A stretch of 64,000 nucleotides of DNA from Saccostrea cucullata (taxonomy: Eukaryota), in contig NW_026941129.1 of the NCBI RefSeq assembly GCF_032062105.1, positions 62,001-126,000 on the forward strand, in the 5' to 3' direction. Positions 63,093 to 64,000 of this stretch are shown in pieces. The position numbers were made by a program, and so were the translations under genes. The first letter of the stretch is position 1. Each line of letters opens with the position of its first letter. Below the pieces are notes generated by a model, which saw only the letters and a list, made by a program, of their open reading frames with translations, searched no databases and was not told the origin of the DNA.

Positions 63093-64000
63093 GTGAGTCA
63101 ATGCTTTACTGTTAACTACAGAATGTAACCATTGTAATCTACTGTACATTGTTATATCAAACATACATGTTTATGGAAACGTGTCACTCAATGTTAACTA
63201 TCTCATAACCATATGCTCATGGATATATTTTGGGAATCATTGTCAGCTGAATAACTGGAGTAGATATAATGTTGTTCTTGATCTTAAGATATATGAGTTC
63301 TGAGTCAAGATCACAGTTCAAGGTCAATGGGAAGATTAATGTTAACCACTATTACTTGGAATGTGAGATTTCAAACTTAACCTTTCATTGCTCATTACTT
63401 AATTGACTATATGTTCATGATTTTGATACAAGCTAGCTCGTATCTCAAAGGTCAGAGTTAAAGAGAGCACTAGCTGAGATATTCTCTTGCACATCACGAT
63501 CATGACCCAAGGTCATAATTATCCTTGTTATACCCCTACTAAACAGTCCCTATATAATTTGTTACTTTAAAAAGTCCAACAGTTCGACTGTTTTCCCCGA
63601 CTGTCGGTCCAAGGAACTGTAAAAATTGAATGTTAAAAAGACTGTTGCCCGCTGAAGTCATATGGCGCTAAACTGCGTTATTTTTTTCTAGTCAGGTTCT
63701 TGAGACCCCTCTACTTTTATTAAAACCAGGGGGATCTCGGGAATCTGACTATGTTTTCTAGCCTGGTCCCCTGTCTCATCCATGCAAAGGCAGTGACGCG
63801 GAGTATAGGAAGCAAAACAGGGACAGGGAACCAGTCTATAAGTTTTTGGCAAACCTCGGCTGATTCGCATAACCGTAATTTAAATGTAATCAGCCGAGGA
63901 GTGTCGAGTATTTTAAACATGTCATTAACATAAACAGAAATTGCCAATGTTCGTTTCGCTGCGGCAAACGAGGATGAAATCCAATCGATACTCGGAAGTA

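Overview
AT-rich eukaryotic genomic DNA with spliceosomal introns. Gene content (secreted C1q-domain protein, F-type lectin, PAN/MAM protein, nAChR-like subunit, GM2-activator-like) and repeat content (Helentron/HINE-like 'pearl' elements, tRNA-SINEs, many MITEs) point to a bivalve mollusc, probably an oyster; this is inference. Host genes: PAN+MAM gene (-), six-exon coiled-coil gene (+), C1q-domain gene (-), F-type lectin (+), a duplicated small membrane-protein locus (-), a Cys-loop ligand-gated ion channel subunit (+), a GM2-activator/ML-domain gene (+) and the first exon of a probable caspase-like gene (+). Three large mobile elements stand out. (1) A Mutator-like (MULE) transposase with one in-frame TGA (to 5375). 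(2) An apparently intact 5.6-kb Kolobok transposon (19683-25257; 25-bp TIRs, TTAA TSD) carrying a 12-exon DDE transposase and a convergent 5-exon KolX/P2X7-ballast-like gene whose stop codons are 12 bp apart; the transposase N-terminus resembles vertebrate ZNF692 (recalled, not searched). (3) A 5.8-kb non-coding element (about 11972-17787) with near-identical split direct repeats A1...B1-A2-unique-B2, the architecture of PAT/Ngaro/TOC1-type tyrosine-recombinase retroelements but with no ORFs. All exon models were read by eye; no database searches were run.
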